NCBI RefSeq assembly: GCF_003790525.1
Contig: NZ_CP033635.1
DNA from: Escherichia coli
Lineage (GTDB): Bacteria > Pseudomonadota > Gammaproteobacteria > Enterobacterales > Enterobacteriaceae
Strand: one strand, 5' to 3'
Length of the DNA: 64,000 bases
The notes under the pieces are model-generated. The model was not told where the DNA came from. It did no database searches and saw only the letters and a program-made list of their open reading frames with translations. Position numbers and translations under genes: made by a program. This document shows positions 10,159 through 20,099 of the stretch, piece after piece; within the stretch, counting starts at the first letter, position 1, and every line of letters begins with the position of its first letter.

Positions 10159-10462
10159 CTTAAGCGTCTCCAGAATGGACTTTTATTGGGGGTAATTACG
10201 GATGAAAATTTTTGTGAGGGCAAGAATAACTATAATGGGCGTTAATAAATTGGCAAGCCGGGAACTTGATGTTTTCTTAATGGCATGTTGGCGAAGAATA
10301 TATTCTGCAAGTTGACGTTTTTGTTGGCGCTTTATTTAAAAGGGTGTAGTACAAATCTGTACAAATTCAAGTAGGCATTATTGCCGTAAAAAAGCATCAC
10401 CGGACACATAACATTCACAACGTGTGTTAATTTTACTGACATCTTTCAAAAGGAGCACAATC

Positions 10463-10690
10463 ATGCCGCACATAGACATTAAATGTTTTCCACGTGAACT
10501 GGACGAACAACAAAAAGCAGCACTTGCTGCAGATATTACCGACGTTATTATTCGCCATCTGAACAGTAAAGACAGTTCGATAAGCATTGCTCTACAGCAG
10601 ATTCAACCAGAATCATGGCAAGCTATCTGGGACACCGAAATTGCGCCCCAAATGGAGACGCTGATAAAGAAACCTGGTTACAGCATGTAA
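10463..10690 (+). CDS. pptA: 4-oxalocrotonate-tautomerase-family tautomerase PptA
   Basis: Start at the ATG of [10 protein letters not shown] (catalytic Pro1 after Met removal), preceded by aaggag RBS at 10450-10455. Confidence 0.85.
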   Translation: MPHIDIKCFPRELDEQQKAALAADITDVIIRHLNSKDSSISIALQQIQPESWQAIWDTEIAPQMETLIKKPGYSM

Positions 10691-10693
10691 TGC

Positions 10694-11263
10694 TTAACCT
10701 GCCGTAACACGCTTGCCGCTGGTAACAAACGTGCCAGCGCCTAAATGATGCAACGTATTGAGCTTATCATCATCAAACTGCCAGCGGCCTTCGACAAATA
10801 CCCGTACGTCTGCCGCTGCAGATACCACTTCGCCAAATAGCGAATCGTATTTTTCTTGCGCGGAAGTTGCAGGTAGCAGGCGACACTCCATCCACGCCAG
10901 ACATTTTTCCTCGACCAGCGGCAAACCAAGCACCGGGCCTTTCACAACCGGAATACCATAGCAATTAAACTTATCTTCATCACGCCCCGACACACTTCCC
11001 ACCGCCCACGTCCAGTTAGTTGCTGCAACGCCCGGGATAACGATGCCAAATTTACCGTTACGTTCAATCAACTCCCTGGTCCATGTCGATTTATCTACCA
11101 CAATCGCGACGCGTGGCGGTTCAAACTCCACCGGCATTGACCAGGCTGCAGCCATAATGTTACGCCGCTGGGATTGCTCATCGAAACTGGTGATCATGAC
11201 AGTTGGGCCATGATTTAACAGACGGCTGGCATGGTGTAATTCGACGGGGATGAATCGGCTCAC
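10694..11263 (-). CDS. yddH: Flavin-reductase-like protein YddH
   Basis: 189-aa ORF with flavin reductase-like domain sequence; convergent with pptA at 3-bp spacing. Confidence 0.85.
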   Translation of the reverse strand: MSRFIPVELHHASRLLNHGPTVMITSFDEQSQRRNIMAAAWSMPVEFEPPRVAIVVDKSTWTRELIERNGKFGIVIPGVAATNWTWAVGSVSGRDEDKFNCYGIPVVKGPVLGLPLVEEKCLAWMECRLLPATSAQEKYDSLFGEVVSAAADVRVFVEGRWQFDDDKLNTLHHLGAGTFVTSGKRVTAG

Positions 11264-11437
11264 GGTATCGCCTCGCTAAGAAGGGTGTTTTAAAAGCGTA
11301 GCTCGTAACGCTATAAGTAACGAAATTAACGGGATTGGCGATTTGCGAACGTGATGCATGTCCGCGATCGCACAAAATAGCCGGTGCAGCGTCTATTCCA
11401 GGTTATAAGTTGAGAAAACCACTAAGGGAAACGCCTG

Positions 11438-12283
11438 ATGACGCCCATTCTGAATCATTATTTTGCCCGTATTAACTGGTCGGGAGCTGCTGCGGCCAAT
11501 ATTGATACGCTGCGTGCATTGCACCTGAAACACAATTGCACCATTCCATTTGAAAACCTCGACGTTTTGCTGCCAAGGGAAATACAGCTTGATGATCAAT
11601 CGCTGGAAGAGAAACTGGTGACAGCCCGTCGTGGCGGTTACTGTTTTGAGCAGAATGGCGTGTTTGAGCGTGTGTTACGCGAGCTGGGGTTTAACGTTCG
11701 CAGCTTGTTAGGGCGCGTAGTGTTATCAAATCCGCCAGCATTACCGCCGCGCACCCATCGTTTGTTGTTGGTGGAACTGGAAGGGGAAAAATGGATTGCT
11801 GATGTCGGTTTCGGTGGACAGACGCTAACCGCGCCGATTCGGTTAGTTCCCGAGCTCGTGCAGACCACGCCACACGGAGAGTATCGGTTGTTGCAGGAGG
11901 GTGATGATTGGGTGTTGCAGTTTAATCATCATCAGCACTGGCAGTCGATGTACCGTTTTGATCTCTGCGAGCAGCAACAAAGCGATTATGTGATGGGCAA
12001 TTTCTGGTCGGCGCATTGGCCGCAGTCGCATTTTCGCCATCATTTGCTGATGTGCCGCCATTTACCGGACGGCGGCAAGCTGACACTGACCAATTTTCAT
12101 TTTACCCATTATGAAAATGGGCACGCAGTTGAGCAGCGAAATCTACCAGATGTGGCGTCGTTATATGCCGTGATGCAGGAACAGTTTGGTCTGGGCGTAG
12201 ATGATGCGAAACATGGCTTTACTGTGGATGAGTTAGCGCTGGTGATGGCGGCGTTTGATACGCACCCGGAGGCGGGAAAATAA
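11438..12283 (+). CDS. nhoA: Arylamine N-acetyltransferase (N-hydroxyarylamine O-acetyltransferase)
   Basis: 281-aa ORF with the NAT-family catalytic cysteine context (…RRGGYCFEQN…). Confidence 0.9.
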   Translation: MTPILNHYFARINWSGAAAANIDTLRALHLKHNCTIPFENLDVLLPREIQLDDQSLEEKLVTARRGGYCFEQNGVFERVLRELGFNVRSLLGRVVLSNPPALPPRTHRLLLVELEGEKWIADVGFGGQTLTAPIRLVPELVQTTPHGEYRLLQEGDDWVLQFNHHQHWQSMYRFDLCEQQQSDYVMGNFWSAHWPQSHFRHHLLMCRHLPDGGKLTLTNFHFTHYENGHAVEQRNLPDVASLYAVMQEQFGLGVDDAKHGFTVDELALVMAAFDTHPEAGK

Positions 12284-12293
12284 TTTATGTCAG

Positions 12294-12375
12294 GTTGCCG
12301 GATGTGGCGTAAATGCCTAATCCGGCATACATTAGTCCGGTTGTAGGCCTGATAAGCGAAGCGCATCAGGCAACG
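12294..12375. repeat. REP/BIME-type extragenic palindromes between nhoA and yddE
   Basis: Two palindromic units (gccggat…atccggc and gtaggcctgataagcgaagcgcatcaggca) with the characteristic REP signature. Confidence 0.5.
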
Positions 12376-12378
12376 GTT

Positions 12379-13272
12379 TCAGAGTTTAATTGCCCATTCG
12401 GCATGAAACAAAATCACCGCCGTGCCAGAAATGGTGACTTTCTCCGGTTGGTTATCACGAATTGTCACCGTCACTTCAATCACGCCGTCACGCCCTAATG
12501 CGCGCCCCTGATGGCCTTTAACACGCAACACGTTGCCATCGTGTGGCAATACGTTGTGATGTACTAACTATGCACCCATCGGGCCATTGGCATTGCCAGT
12601 CACCGGATCTTCCACAATACCAATCGCAGGCGAGAACATGCGACCATCGGTTTCGTTTTTGCCTGGGCGGATCTGGAACGGGAAGAAACCATTGCAGCCA
12701 ATCTGTTTGCTGATTGTGGTCAGCGCAGCAAGGTCAGGCGAAAGGGCGTCGATATCCACTTCCGGCTTCAGTGGAATCATCACTTTTGAGTGTCCTGTGG
12801 TAGCCACCTGGATTGGCAAGCCTTGCAAAATATCGTCTTCAGTGAGATGAAGCGCGTTGATAATCGCTGCACGTGTTTCACCTTCCAGCGGTGGTTCAAA
12901 GCCCGGCGTACCTTGCTCCAGCGAAATACGATAATCATCATTTTGCTTTTCGATAGTCACACGATGTTTTCCTGCCAGCGACGTTTGCCAGACGGTGCAA
13001 TTTCCTAAACCTAACACCTTTGCACGTACATAGTGCGCAGCTACTGTCGCGTGACCACAAATCGGAACTTCAACCGTTGGCGTAAAGTAGCGGATGCGCA
13101 CATCGCTGTCGTCGCTGTGCAGCAGAAAAGCAGTTTCCGAATGACCTAACTCGCGGGCGATAAGCTGCATTTGCGCTTCGCTAAGATTATCGGCGGGGAA
13201 AACAACACCGGCAGAATTGCCGCGAAACGGTTGAGAGGTAAAAGCATCGACGTGGTAAACCTGCGGTTTCAT
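12379..13272 (-). pseudogene. yddE: PhzF-family isomerase YddE, interrupted by an in-frame amber codon
   Basis: The ORF stops at TAG (plus-strand cta, 12568-12570) after 234 codons; the same frame then runs a further 62 codons to TGA at 12379-12381, giving the 297-aa full-length YddE. Confidence 0.7.
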
Positions 13273-13351
13273 TAATGTTCTCCTGTGGCTGGAGAACTAT
13301 CATAGCCTGCAAGTGGCCGGAGAGCGAAGAGCTATCCGGCCCGCGAGAGAA

Positions 13352-14032
13352 TTAACGCCGCGAACGCACAATCTGATACCGACGAGTAAAGTACTCAAAC
13401 GGCGCGCTCCAGACATGCACCAGTCGGGTGAACGGGAAGAGCAGAAAGATGGTCATTCCAAGCACCAGATGAACGCGGAATATAAAGGCGACACCATCAA
13501 GATGCGTAGATGCACCGCCCTGGAAAGTGACAATGCTTTGCGCCCAGCCCACCAGCTTCATCATTTCACTGCCGTCCGGATGTTGTGCTGAAAAAGGAAT
13601 GGTGGTTAACCCAAGAATGCACTGAATTAACAAAATGGCGAGGATCAGGATATCCGCACCAGAAGACGTCGCCCTGATACGCGGATTTGTTAAACGACGC
13701 ACCAGTAGCCCCGCACCGCCAATCAGCGTCAATACCCCGCATATTCCGCCGAGGATCATCGCCATCTGCTGTTTTACCGCCACCGGCAGAAACCACGCGT
13801 ACATCCAGTGCGGTGTTAACATGCCGAACAGGTGCCCGAAGAAAATCCCCAAAATGCCAATATGGAACAGATTCGACCATATCACCATCCCGCGTTTATC
13901 GAGCATTTGACTTGAGGAGGCGCGCCAGGTGTACTGCCCGTAGTCATAGCGCAGCCAGCTGCCAAGGAAAAACACCGTCGCACAAATGTACGGGTAGATA
14001 TCGTAAAAAAAGACGTTCAGATACTGAATCAT
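13352..14032 (-). CDS. narV: Nitrate reductase Z gamma subunit (heme b membrane subunit)
   Basis: 226-aa multi-TM ORF; 4-bp overlap with narW. Confidence 0.9.
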   Translation of the reverse strand: MIQYLNVFFYDIYPYICATVFFLGSWLRYDYGQYTWRASSSQMLDKRGMVIWSNLFHIGILGIFFGHLFGMLTPHWMYAWFLPVAVKQQMAMILGGICGVLTLIGGAGLLVRRLTNPRIRATSSGADILILAILLIQCILGLTTIPFSAQHPDGSEMMKLVGWAQSIVTFQGGASTHLDGVAFIFRVHLVLGMTIFLLFPFTRLVHVWSAPFEYFTRRYQIVRSRR

Positions 14033-14724
14033 TTCCCACCTCCCGCACTGATGTCGACATATTGCGGCGCGACATCCTGGCTAAAGCGTCGCTGATATTG
14101 ATTAAGCGGCGAGCTGTCACACGCCGTGGCGTTATCTTCAATAAACTTCACCTGTTCCTCTTCCCACACCGCATCCAGTGCCTGGCGGGTGTCATCGCGC
14201 TCCTCACTGTTCACCTGTTTTGTGACACTGTCACTTGAAAGTGTACTTCCTGCCAGTTGCAACAGGGTGTCAAATAACGCGTACCACGGTGCCTCGCGTT
14301 GTTTTAAGCGTCCGCCAAGCAGGGCGAGGATCGGCGCAACGTTGAGCAAGCCTTCTTTCGCCTGATCGTCCGGCAGTACGCTTAAGTACTCCAGATACAG
14401 CGGTAGATAATCGGGCAGTTCTCGACAATCCAACTGCAGGCCGACCTTTTCATACTCCGCCAGCAGGTCCACCATTGCCTGGCCGCGATCGCGGGACTCG
14501 GCATGAACATGTTCGAACAGCAGCAGCGATGTGGTACGTCCACGGTCAAACACTTCGCACCATTCGGCCTGTTTATCCAGCAGCGGCGCGTTAAGCAGGT
14601 TGCGGGTAAAATCCGTAAGCATCGGTGCGTCGCGGCGGATCAACGCCAGCGCGTCCTCCTTACATTCCCACAACAGCTCGTCCGGATACTCCATCAACAG
14701 GCCGATCACTTTGAGGATCTGCAT
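14029..14724 (-). CDS. narW: Nitrate reductase Z assembly chaperone (NarJ-type)
   Basis: 231-aa ORF between narY and narV, translationally coupled to both. Confidence 0.9.
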   Translation of the reverse strand: MQILKVIGLLMEYPDELLWECKEDALALIRRDAPMLTDFTRNLLNAPLLDKQAEWCEVFDRGRTTSLLLFEHVHAESRDRGQAMVDLLAEYEKVGLQLDCRELPDYLPLYLEYLSVLPDDQAKEGLLNVAPILALLGGRLKQREAPWYALFDTLLQLAGSTLSSDSVTKQVNSEERDDTRQALDAVWEEEQVKFIEDNATACDSSPLNQYQRRFSQDVAPQYVDISAGGGK

Positions 14725-16268
14725 TATTCGCCCTCCGCTTTGTCGCGCACTTCGGTGATGTTGATGGCATCGATACGGCTACTGTTGAACAGGTTGAATT
14801 TGCTGTCCGAGCCGTGGCAACCGTCGCCAAAGGTAAAACCGCAGCCGTTGCGTTCTGCGAAGGCATCGCCCGCCATTTCCCGATGGCTTGTCGGGATGAC
14901 AAAACGGTCTTCATAGTTGGCAATGGCGAGGTAACGATACATCTCTTCGACCTGGGCGACGCTCAGACCTACTTCGTCGATGGCACGAGTATCAGTAACG
15001 CCTTCCACGGTTTGTGAACGCATATAGTGGCGCATCGCCATCATCCGTTTCAGCGCCCGCAGTACCGGACCGGTATCACCGGCACTCAACATATTGGCGA
15101 GATATTGCACCGGAATACGCAGGCTTTCGATGGCGGGCAGCACGCCTTCGCTTTTCGGCAAACCTCCCGCATCAGCGTAGGACTGAATCGGTGACAGCGG
15201 CGGAACGTACCAGACCATCGGCAGGGTGCGGTATTCAGGGTGCAGCGGTAGCGCCAGTTTCCAGTCCATTGCCATTTTGTAGACTGGCGAACGCTGGGCA
15301 GCGTCAATCACGTTTTGTGGAATACCTTGTTTCAGGGCTTCCTCGATCACCGAGGGATCGTGCGGATCGAGGAACACTTCGCACTGGCGTTCATAGAGGT
15401 CAACTTCGCGCTCGGTGCTCGCCGCTTCCTCGATGCGGTCGGCGTCGTAAAGCAGCACGCCCAGATATCGGATGCGACCCACGCAGGTTTCTGAGCACAC
15501 GGTGGGTTGGCCTGACTCAATTCGTGGGTAACAGAAGATGCATTTTTCTGACTTGCCGCTTTTCCAGTTGAAGTAGATTTTTTTGTACGGACAACCGCTA
15601 ATGCACAAACGCCAGCCACGGCATTTATCCTGATCAATCAGCACAATGCCGTCTTCTTCACGTTTGTAGATAGCACCGCTTGGGCAGGTCGCCACGCAGC
15701 TGGGATTGAGGCAGTGTTCGCACAGGCGCGGCAGGTACATCATGAACGTGTTTTCAAACTGCCCGTACATCTCCTTTTGCATGGCCTCGAAGTTGCGGTC
15801 GCGGGCGCGTTTTTCAAATTCGCCGCCCAACAATTCTTCCCAGTTTGGCCCCCAGATCACTTTGTCCATCCGTTTGCCGTCAATCAGTGAACGCGGGCGC
15901 GCAGTAGGAATATGTTTACCTTCTGGCGCGCTATGCAAATGTTCGTAGTCGAAGGTGAAAGGTTCGTAGTAATCATCAATCTGCGGCACCACCGGGTTGG
16001 CGAAGATTTTGGTAATCACGCCCATCTTGCTGCCCAGACGCGGGCGGATCTTGCCATTCACATCACGCACCCAGCCGCCTTGCCACTCTTCCTGATCTTC
16101 CCAGTTTTTCGGATAACCAATGCCCGGTTTGGTTTCGACGTTGTTAAACCATGCGTACTCCATGCCTTCGCGTCCGGTCCAGACGTTTTTACAGGTCACC
16201 GAACAGGTATGGCAGCCGATACATTTATCGAGGTTAAGCACCATGCCGACTTGCGAACGTATTTTCAT
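14724..16268 (-). CDS. narY: Nitrate reductase Z beta subunit (Fe-S)
   Basis: 514-aa ORF with several ferredoxin-type Cys clusters (CIGCHTCSVTC, CEHCLNPSCVATCP…). Confidence 0.92.
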   Translation of the reverse strand: MKIRSQVGMVLNLDKCIGCHTCSVTCKNVWTGREGMEYAWFNNVETKPGIGYPKNWEDQEEWQGGWVRDVNGKIRPRLGSKMGVITKIFANPVVPQIDDYYEPFTFDYEHLHSAPEGKHIPTARPRSLIDGKRMDKVIWGPNWEELLGGEFEKRARDRNFEAMQKEMYGQFENTFMMYLPRLCEHCLNPSCVATCPSGAIYKREEDGIVLIDQDKCRGWRLCISGCPYKKIYFNWKSGKSEKCIFCYPRIESGQPTVCSETCVGRIRYLGVLLYDADRIEEAASTEREVDLYERQCEVFLDPHDPSVIEEALKQGIPQNVIDAAQRSPVYKMAMDWKLALPLHPEYRTLPMVWYVPPLSPIQSYADAGGLPKSEGVLPAIESLRIPVQYLANMLSAGDTGPVLRALKRMMAMRHYMRSQTVEGVTDTRAIDEVGLSVAQVEEMYRYLAIANYEDRFVIPTSHREMAGDAFAERNGCGFTFGDGCHGSDSKFNLFNSSRIDAINITEVRDKAEGE

Positions 16269-19200
16269 TTTTTCGCCTCCTGAACCTGATCGCGACCTTC
16301 ATCATCCAGCCAGTTAACGTTCTTCATCTTGCGGATCATGATGAATTCGTCGCGGTTCGAGCCGACGGTGCCGTAGTAGTTAAAGCCCCAGGCCAGCTGC
16401 GCGTAACCGCCAATCATATGCGTTGGTTTCGGACAAACGCGGGTGACCGAGTTATGAATGCCGCCGCGCATGCCAGTTACTTCCGAACCAGGAATATTCA
16501 TAATGCGTTCCTGGGCGTGATACATCATGGTCATACCCGGCGGTACACGTTGGCTGACCACCGCGCGGGCAGTCAGCGCGCCGTTGGCGTTAAACACTTC
16601 CACCCAGTCGTTATCGACAATGGTCAGTTCACGGGCATCGGTTTCGCTGATCCAGACAATTGGTCCACCGCGAGAGAGCGTCAGCATTAGCAGGTTTTCA
16701 CTGTAGGTTGAGTGAATGCCCCATTTCTGGTGCGGCGTCAGGAAGTTAAGTGCTTTTTCCGGGAAGCCGTTTGGCGGTATCTGGCGCATTTCACTGACGC
16801 TACGGGTGTCGATAGGCGGGCGATAAGCCACCAGGCTTTCACCAAAAGCACGCATCCACGGATGATCCTGATAGAGCTGCTGGCGTCCCGACAGCGTGCG
16901 CCACGGAATTAACTCATGAACGTTGGTGTATCCCGCGTTATAGGAAACGTGATCGCTTTCCAGACCGGACCATGTGGGGCTGGAGATAATTTTACGTGGC
17001 TGCGCCTGAATATCGCGAAAGCGAATCTTCTCGTCCTCTTTGTGCAGCGCCAGATGGGTATGTTCGCGTCCGGTGATCTCGCCCAGCGCCTGCCACGCTT
17101 TGACTGCAACATGACCGTTGGTTTCCGGTGCCAGCGCCAGAATCACTTCTGATGCGTCAATGGCGGTGTCAATCAGCGGACGCCCCTGTGCCGGGCCTTC
17201 ACGCTTGGTGTAGTTGAGTTTGCCGAGGAAATCGATTTCATCCTGGGTATTCCACGAAATCCCTTTACCGCCGTTGCCAAGTTTGTCCATCAATGGCCCG
17301 AGCGAGGTAAAGCGTTCATAGGTAGCAGGGTAGTCGCGTTCCACCGCCACAATATTGGGCGCGGTTTTACCCGGGATCAGATCGCATTCGCCTTTGCGCC
17401 AGTCGAGCACTTCACACGGCTGGGAGAGTTCTGCCGGAGAGTCATGTAGCAGTGGTTGTAATACCACGTCGGTTTCTTTGCCAAGATGACCCACGCACAG
17501 TTGCGAAAATGCTTTGGCGATACCTTTGTAGATTTCCCAGTCGCTGCGTGATTCCCACGCCGGATCGACCGCCGCAGAAAGCGGATGAATAAACGGATGC
17601 ATATCCGAGGTGTTCATATCGTCTTTTTCGTACCAGGTGGCGGTGGGCAGAACGATATCGGAGAACAGGCAGGTACTGGACATACGGAAGTCGAGCGTCA
17701 CCAGCAGGTCGAGCTTGCCTTCAATCGCCGCAGTTTGCCACTCGACTTCTTCCGGTTTGATCCCGTCGCTGGCACCGAGTTCCTCGCCCTGAATCCCGCT
17801 TTCGGTCCCCAGCAGATACTTCTGCATATACTCGTGGCCTTTGCCGGAGGAACCAAGCAGGTTAGAACGCCAGACAAACAAATTACGCGGATGATTGCTG
17901 CCGCTATCGGGTTGTTCGCAGGCCATACGTAAATCGCCCGATTTCAACGCCTGGGCGGTGAATTCTGTGGGAGATAATCCGGCCTTGTCGGCTTCAGCTT
18001 TAATCCCGAGCGGATTACGCCCCAACTGCGGCGCAGAAGGTAGCCAGCCCATACGTTCGGCGCGAACGTTGAAATCAATCAGATGACCGCTGTACTTACT
18101 GGCATCGGCAAGCGGTGAAAGTAACTCCTGAGCAGAGACTTTTTCATAGCGCCATTGGCTGGAATGATTGTAGAAAAACGAGGTGCTGTTCATCTGGCGC
18201 GGTGGTCGGTTCCAGTCGAGCGCAAAGGCCAGAGGCAGCCAGCCGGTTTGCGGGCGCAGTTTTTCCTGACCGACATAGTGTGCCCAGCCGCCACCGCTTT
18301 GCCCGACACAACCGCAGAAGATCAGCATGTTGATCATCCCACGGTAGTTCATGTCCATGTGATACCAATGGTTGACGCCAGCACCGAGGATAATCATCGA
18401 ACGCCCATGCGTTTTATGGGCGGTATCGGCAAATTCACGGGCGATGGTTTCAATATACTGGCGCGGCACGCCGGTAATTTGCTCACCCCAGGCTGGGGTG
18501 TACGGTTTGATTTCAGCGTAATCTTTCGCGCTGTTTTCATCTTCCAGCCCGCGATCGAGGCCATAATTCGCCAGTACCAAATCATAAACGCTGACGACCG
18601 GACAGGTGTTGCCATCGGCTAATGTCAGGTTTTTAACGGGCAATTGGCGCACCAGGACCGGATTGTGTTTTACGCGGCGAAAATGCGGATTTTCAATGCC
18701 GCCAAAGTAGGGGAAGGCCACGCCTGCAACGGCATCATGTTGACCGAGCAGAGTTAACGACAATTCGGTTTCCGTACCGGCGGCAATGGATTCCAGATTC
18801 CATTTGCCTTTTTCTCCCCAGCGAAAACCAATCGAACCGTTCGGCACCACCAGTTCACCTGCGGTATTAACTGCCACGGTTTTCCACTGCGGATTATTGC
18901 TTTCGCCCAGTCCATCCACCAGGTCAGATGCGCGGACCATGCGCCCGGGAACGTAGCTGCCGTCGTCGCGAGGTTCCAGCATTACCAGCATCGGCATGTC
19001 GCTGTAGCGGCGGCAGTAGTTGATAAAGTAGTCGCTGGGATTATCGAGATGAAACTCTTTTAAAATGACATGGCCCATTGCCATTGCCAGGGCACTATCA
19101 GTGCCTTGTTTCGGTGCCAGCCACTGGTCGCACAATTTGGCCACTTCAGAGTAGTCAGGGGTAATGGCGATGGTTTTAGTGCCTTTGTAGCGTACTTCGG

Positions 19201-20005
19201 TAAAGAAATGGGCGTCCGGCGTACGTGTCTGCGGTACGTTAGACCCCCAGGCGATGATGTAACTGGAGTTATACCAGTCGGCAGATTCCGGTACGTCGGT
19301 TTGCTCGCCCCAGGTCATCGGCGAGGCGGGCGGCAGGTCGCAATACCAGTCGTAGAAGCTTAAACAGGTGCCACCTAACAGCGACAGATAACGTGTTCCG
19401 GCGGCGTAAGAAACCATCGACATCGCCGGGATCGGCGAGAAACCGGCAACGCGATCCGGGCCGTAAGTTTTGATGGTCCAGACGTTAGCAGCGGCAATCA
19501 GCTGGTTTAGCTCCTGCCAGTTGGAGCGGATAAAGCCGCCGCGTCCACGTACTTGTTTGTAGCTCAGGCACTTTTGCGGATCGTTCATAATTGATGCCCA
19601 CGCCAGTACCGGATCGCTGTGTTGCTTGAGGGCTTCGCGCCACAGTTCAATCAGTCGTTTACGAATGAGCGGGTATTTCAGGCGGTTAGCGCTGTAGAGA
19701 TACCAGGAGTAACTTGCGCCACGCGGGCAGCCGCGAGGTTCGTGATTTGGCAGGTCAGGGCGAGTGCGCGGGTAGTCGGTCTGTTGGATTTCCCAGGTCA
19801 CCAGACCATTTTTAACGTAGATTTTCCAGCTACAGGAGCCTGTACAGTTAACACCGTGGGTGGAACGCACGATTTTGTCGAACTGCCAACGCTGGCGATA
19901 GCTGTCCTCCCAGTCGCGGTTGCTATGCATCACCTGTCCGTGACCATCGGCAAAGGTATCGCCCTTTTGTTTGAAGTAGCGAAAGCGATCCAAAAGTTTA
20001 CTCAT
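16265..20005 (-). CDS. narZ: Nitrate reductase Z alpha subunit (molybdopterin catalytic subunit)
   Basis: Start set to the ATG of MSKLLDRFRYFKQ… (20003-20005), giving 1246 aa; the ORF-track start at 20128 is an upstream extension. Confidence 0.92.
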   Translation of the reverse strand: MSKLLDRFRYFKQKGDTFADGHGQVMHSNRDWEDSYRQRWQFDKIVRSTHGVNCTGSCSWKIYVKNGLVTWEIQQTDYPRTRPDLPNHEPRGCPRGASYSWYLYSANRLKYPLIRKRLIELWREALKQHSDPVLAWASIMNDPQKCLSYKQVRGRGGFIRSNWQELNQLIAAANVWTIKTYGPDRVAGFSPIPAMSMVSYAAGTRYLSLLGGTCLSFYDWYCDLPPASPMTWGEQTDVPESADWYNSSYIIAWGSNVPQTRTPDAHFFTEVRYKGTKTIAITPDYSEVAKLCDQWLAPKQGTDSALAMAMGHVILKEFHLDNPSDYFINYCRRYSDMPMLVMLEPRDDGSYVPGRMVRASDLVDGLGESNNPQWKTVAVNTAGELVVPNGSIGFRWGEKGKWNLESIAAGTETELSLTLLGQHDAVAGVAFPYFGGIENPHFRRVKHNPVLVRQLPVKNLTLADGNTCPVVSVYDLVLANYGLDRGLEDENSAKDYAEIKPYTPAWGEQITGVPRQYIETIAREFADTAHKTHGRSMIILGAGVNHWYHMDMNYRGMINMLIFCGCVGQSGGGWAHYVGQEKLRPQTGWLPLAFALDWNRPPRQMNSTSFFYNHSSQWRYEKVSAQELLSPLADASKYSGHLIDFNVRAERMGWLPSAPQLGRNPLGIKAEADKAGLSPTEFTAQALKSGDLRMACEQPDSGSNHPRNLFVWRSNLLGSSGKGHEYMQKYLLGTESGIQGEELGASDGIKPEEVEWQTAAIEGKLDLLVTLDFRMSSTCLFSDIVLPTATWYEKDDMNTSDMHPFIHPLSAAVDPAWESRSDWEIYKGIAKAFSQLCVGHLGKETDVVLQPLLHDSPAELSQPCEVLDWRKGECDLIPGKTAPNIVAVERDYPATYERFTSLGPLMDKLGNGGKGISWNTQDEIDFLGKLNYTKREGPAQGRPLIDTAIDASEVILALAPETNGHVAVKAWQALGEITGREHTHLALHKEDEKIRFRDIQAQPRKIISSPTWSGLESDHVSYNAGYTNVHELIPWRTLSGRQQLYQDHPWMRAFGESLVAYRPPIDTRSVSEMRQIPPNGFPEKALNFLTPHQKWGIHSTYSENLLMLTLSRGGPIVWISETDARELTIVDNDWVEVFNANGALTARAVVSQRVPPGMTMMYHAQERIMNIPGSEVTGMRGGIHNSVTRVCPKPTHMIGGYAQLAWGFNYYGTVGSNRDEFIMIRKMKNVNWLDDEGRDQVQEAKK

Positions 20006-20099
20006 GACATAACTCCTGCTCCAGGAATGAATTGGGATCTGATGCTTTGTCGGGTGCGACACGGTTGTAGCCTGATAAGACGTGTCAGGCATCGATCTC

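Noticed and set aside
12313-12498. 61-aa plus-strand ORF between nhoA and yddE
   Set aside because: It lies antisense to the region that encodes the displaced C-terminal 62 codons of yddE and overlaps REP repeats. It is explained by the yddE amber truncation rather than being a separate gene.
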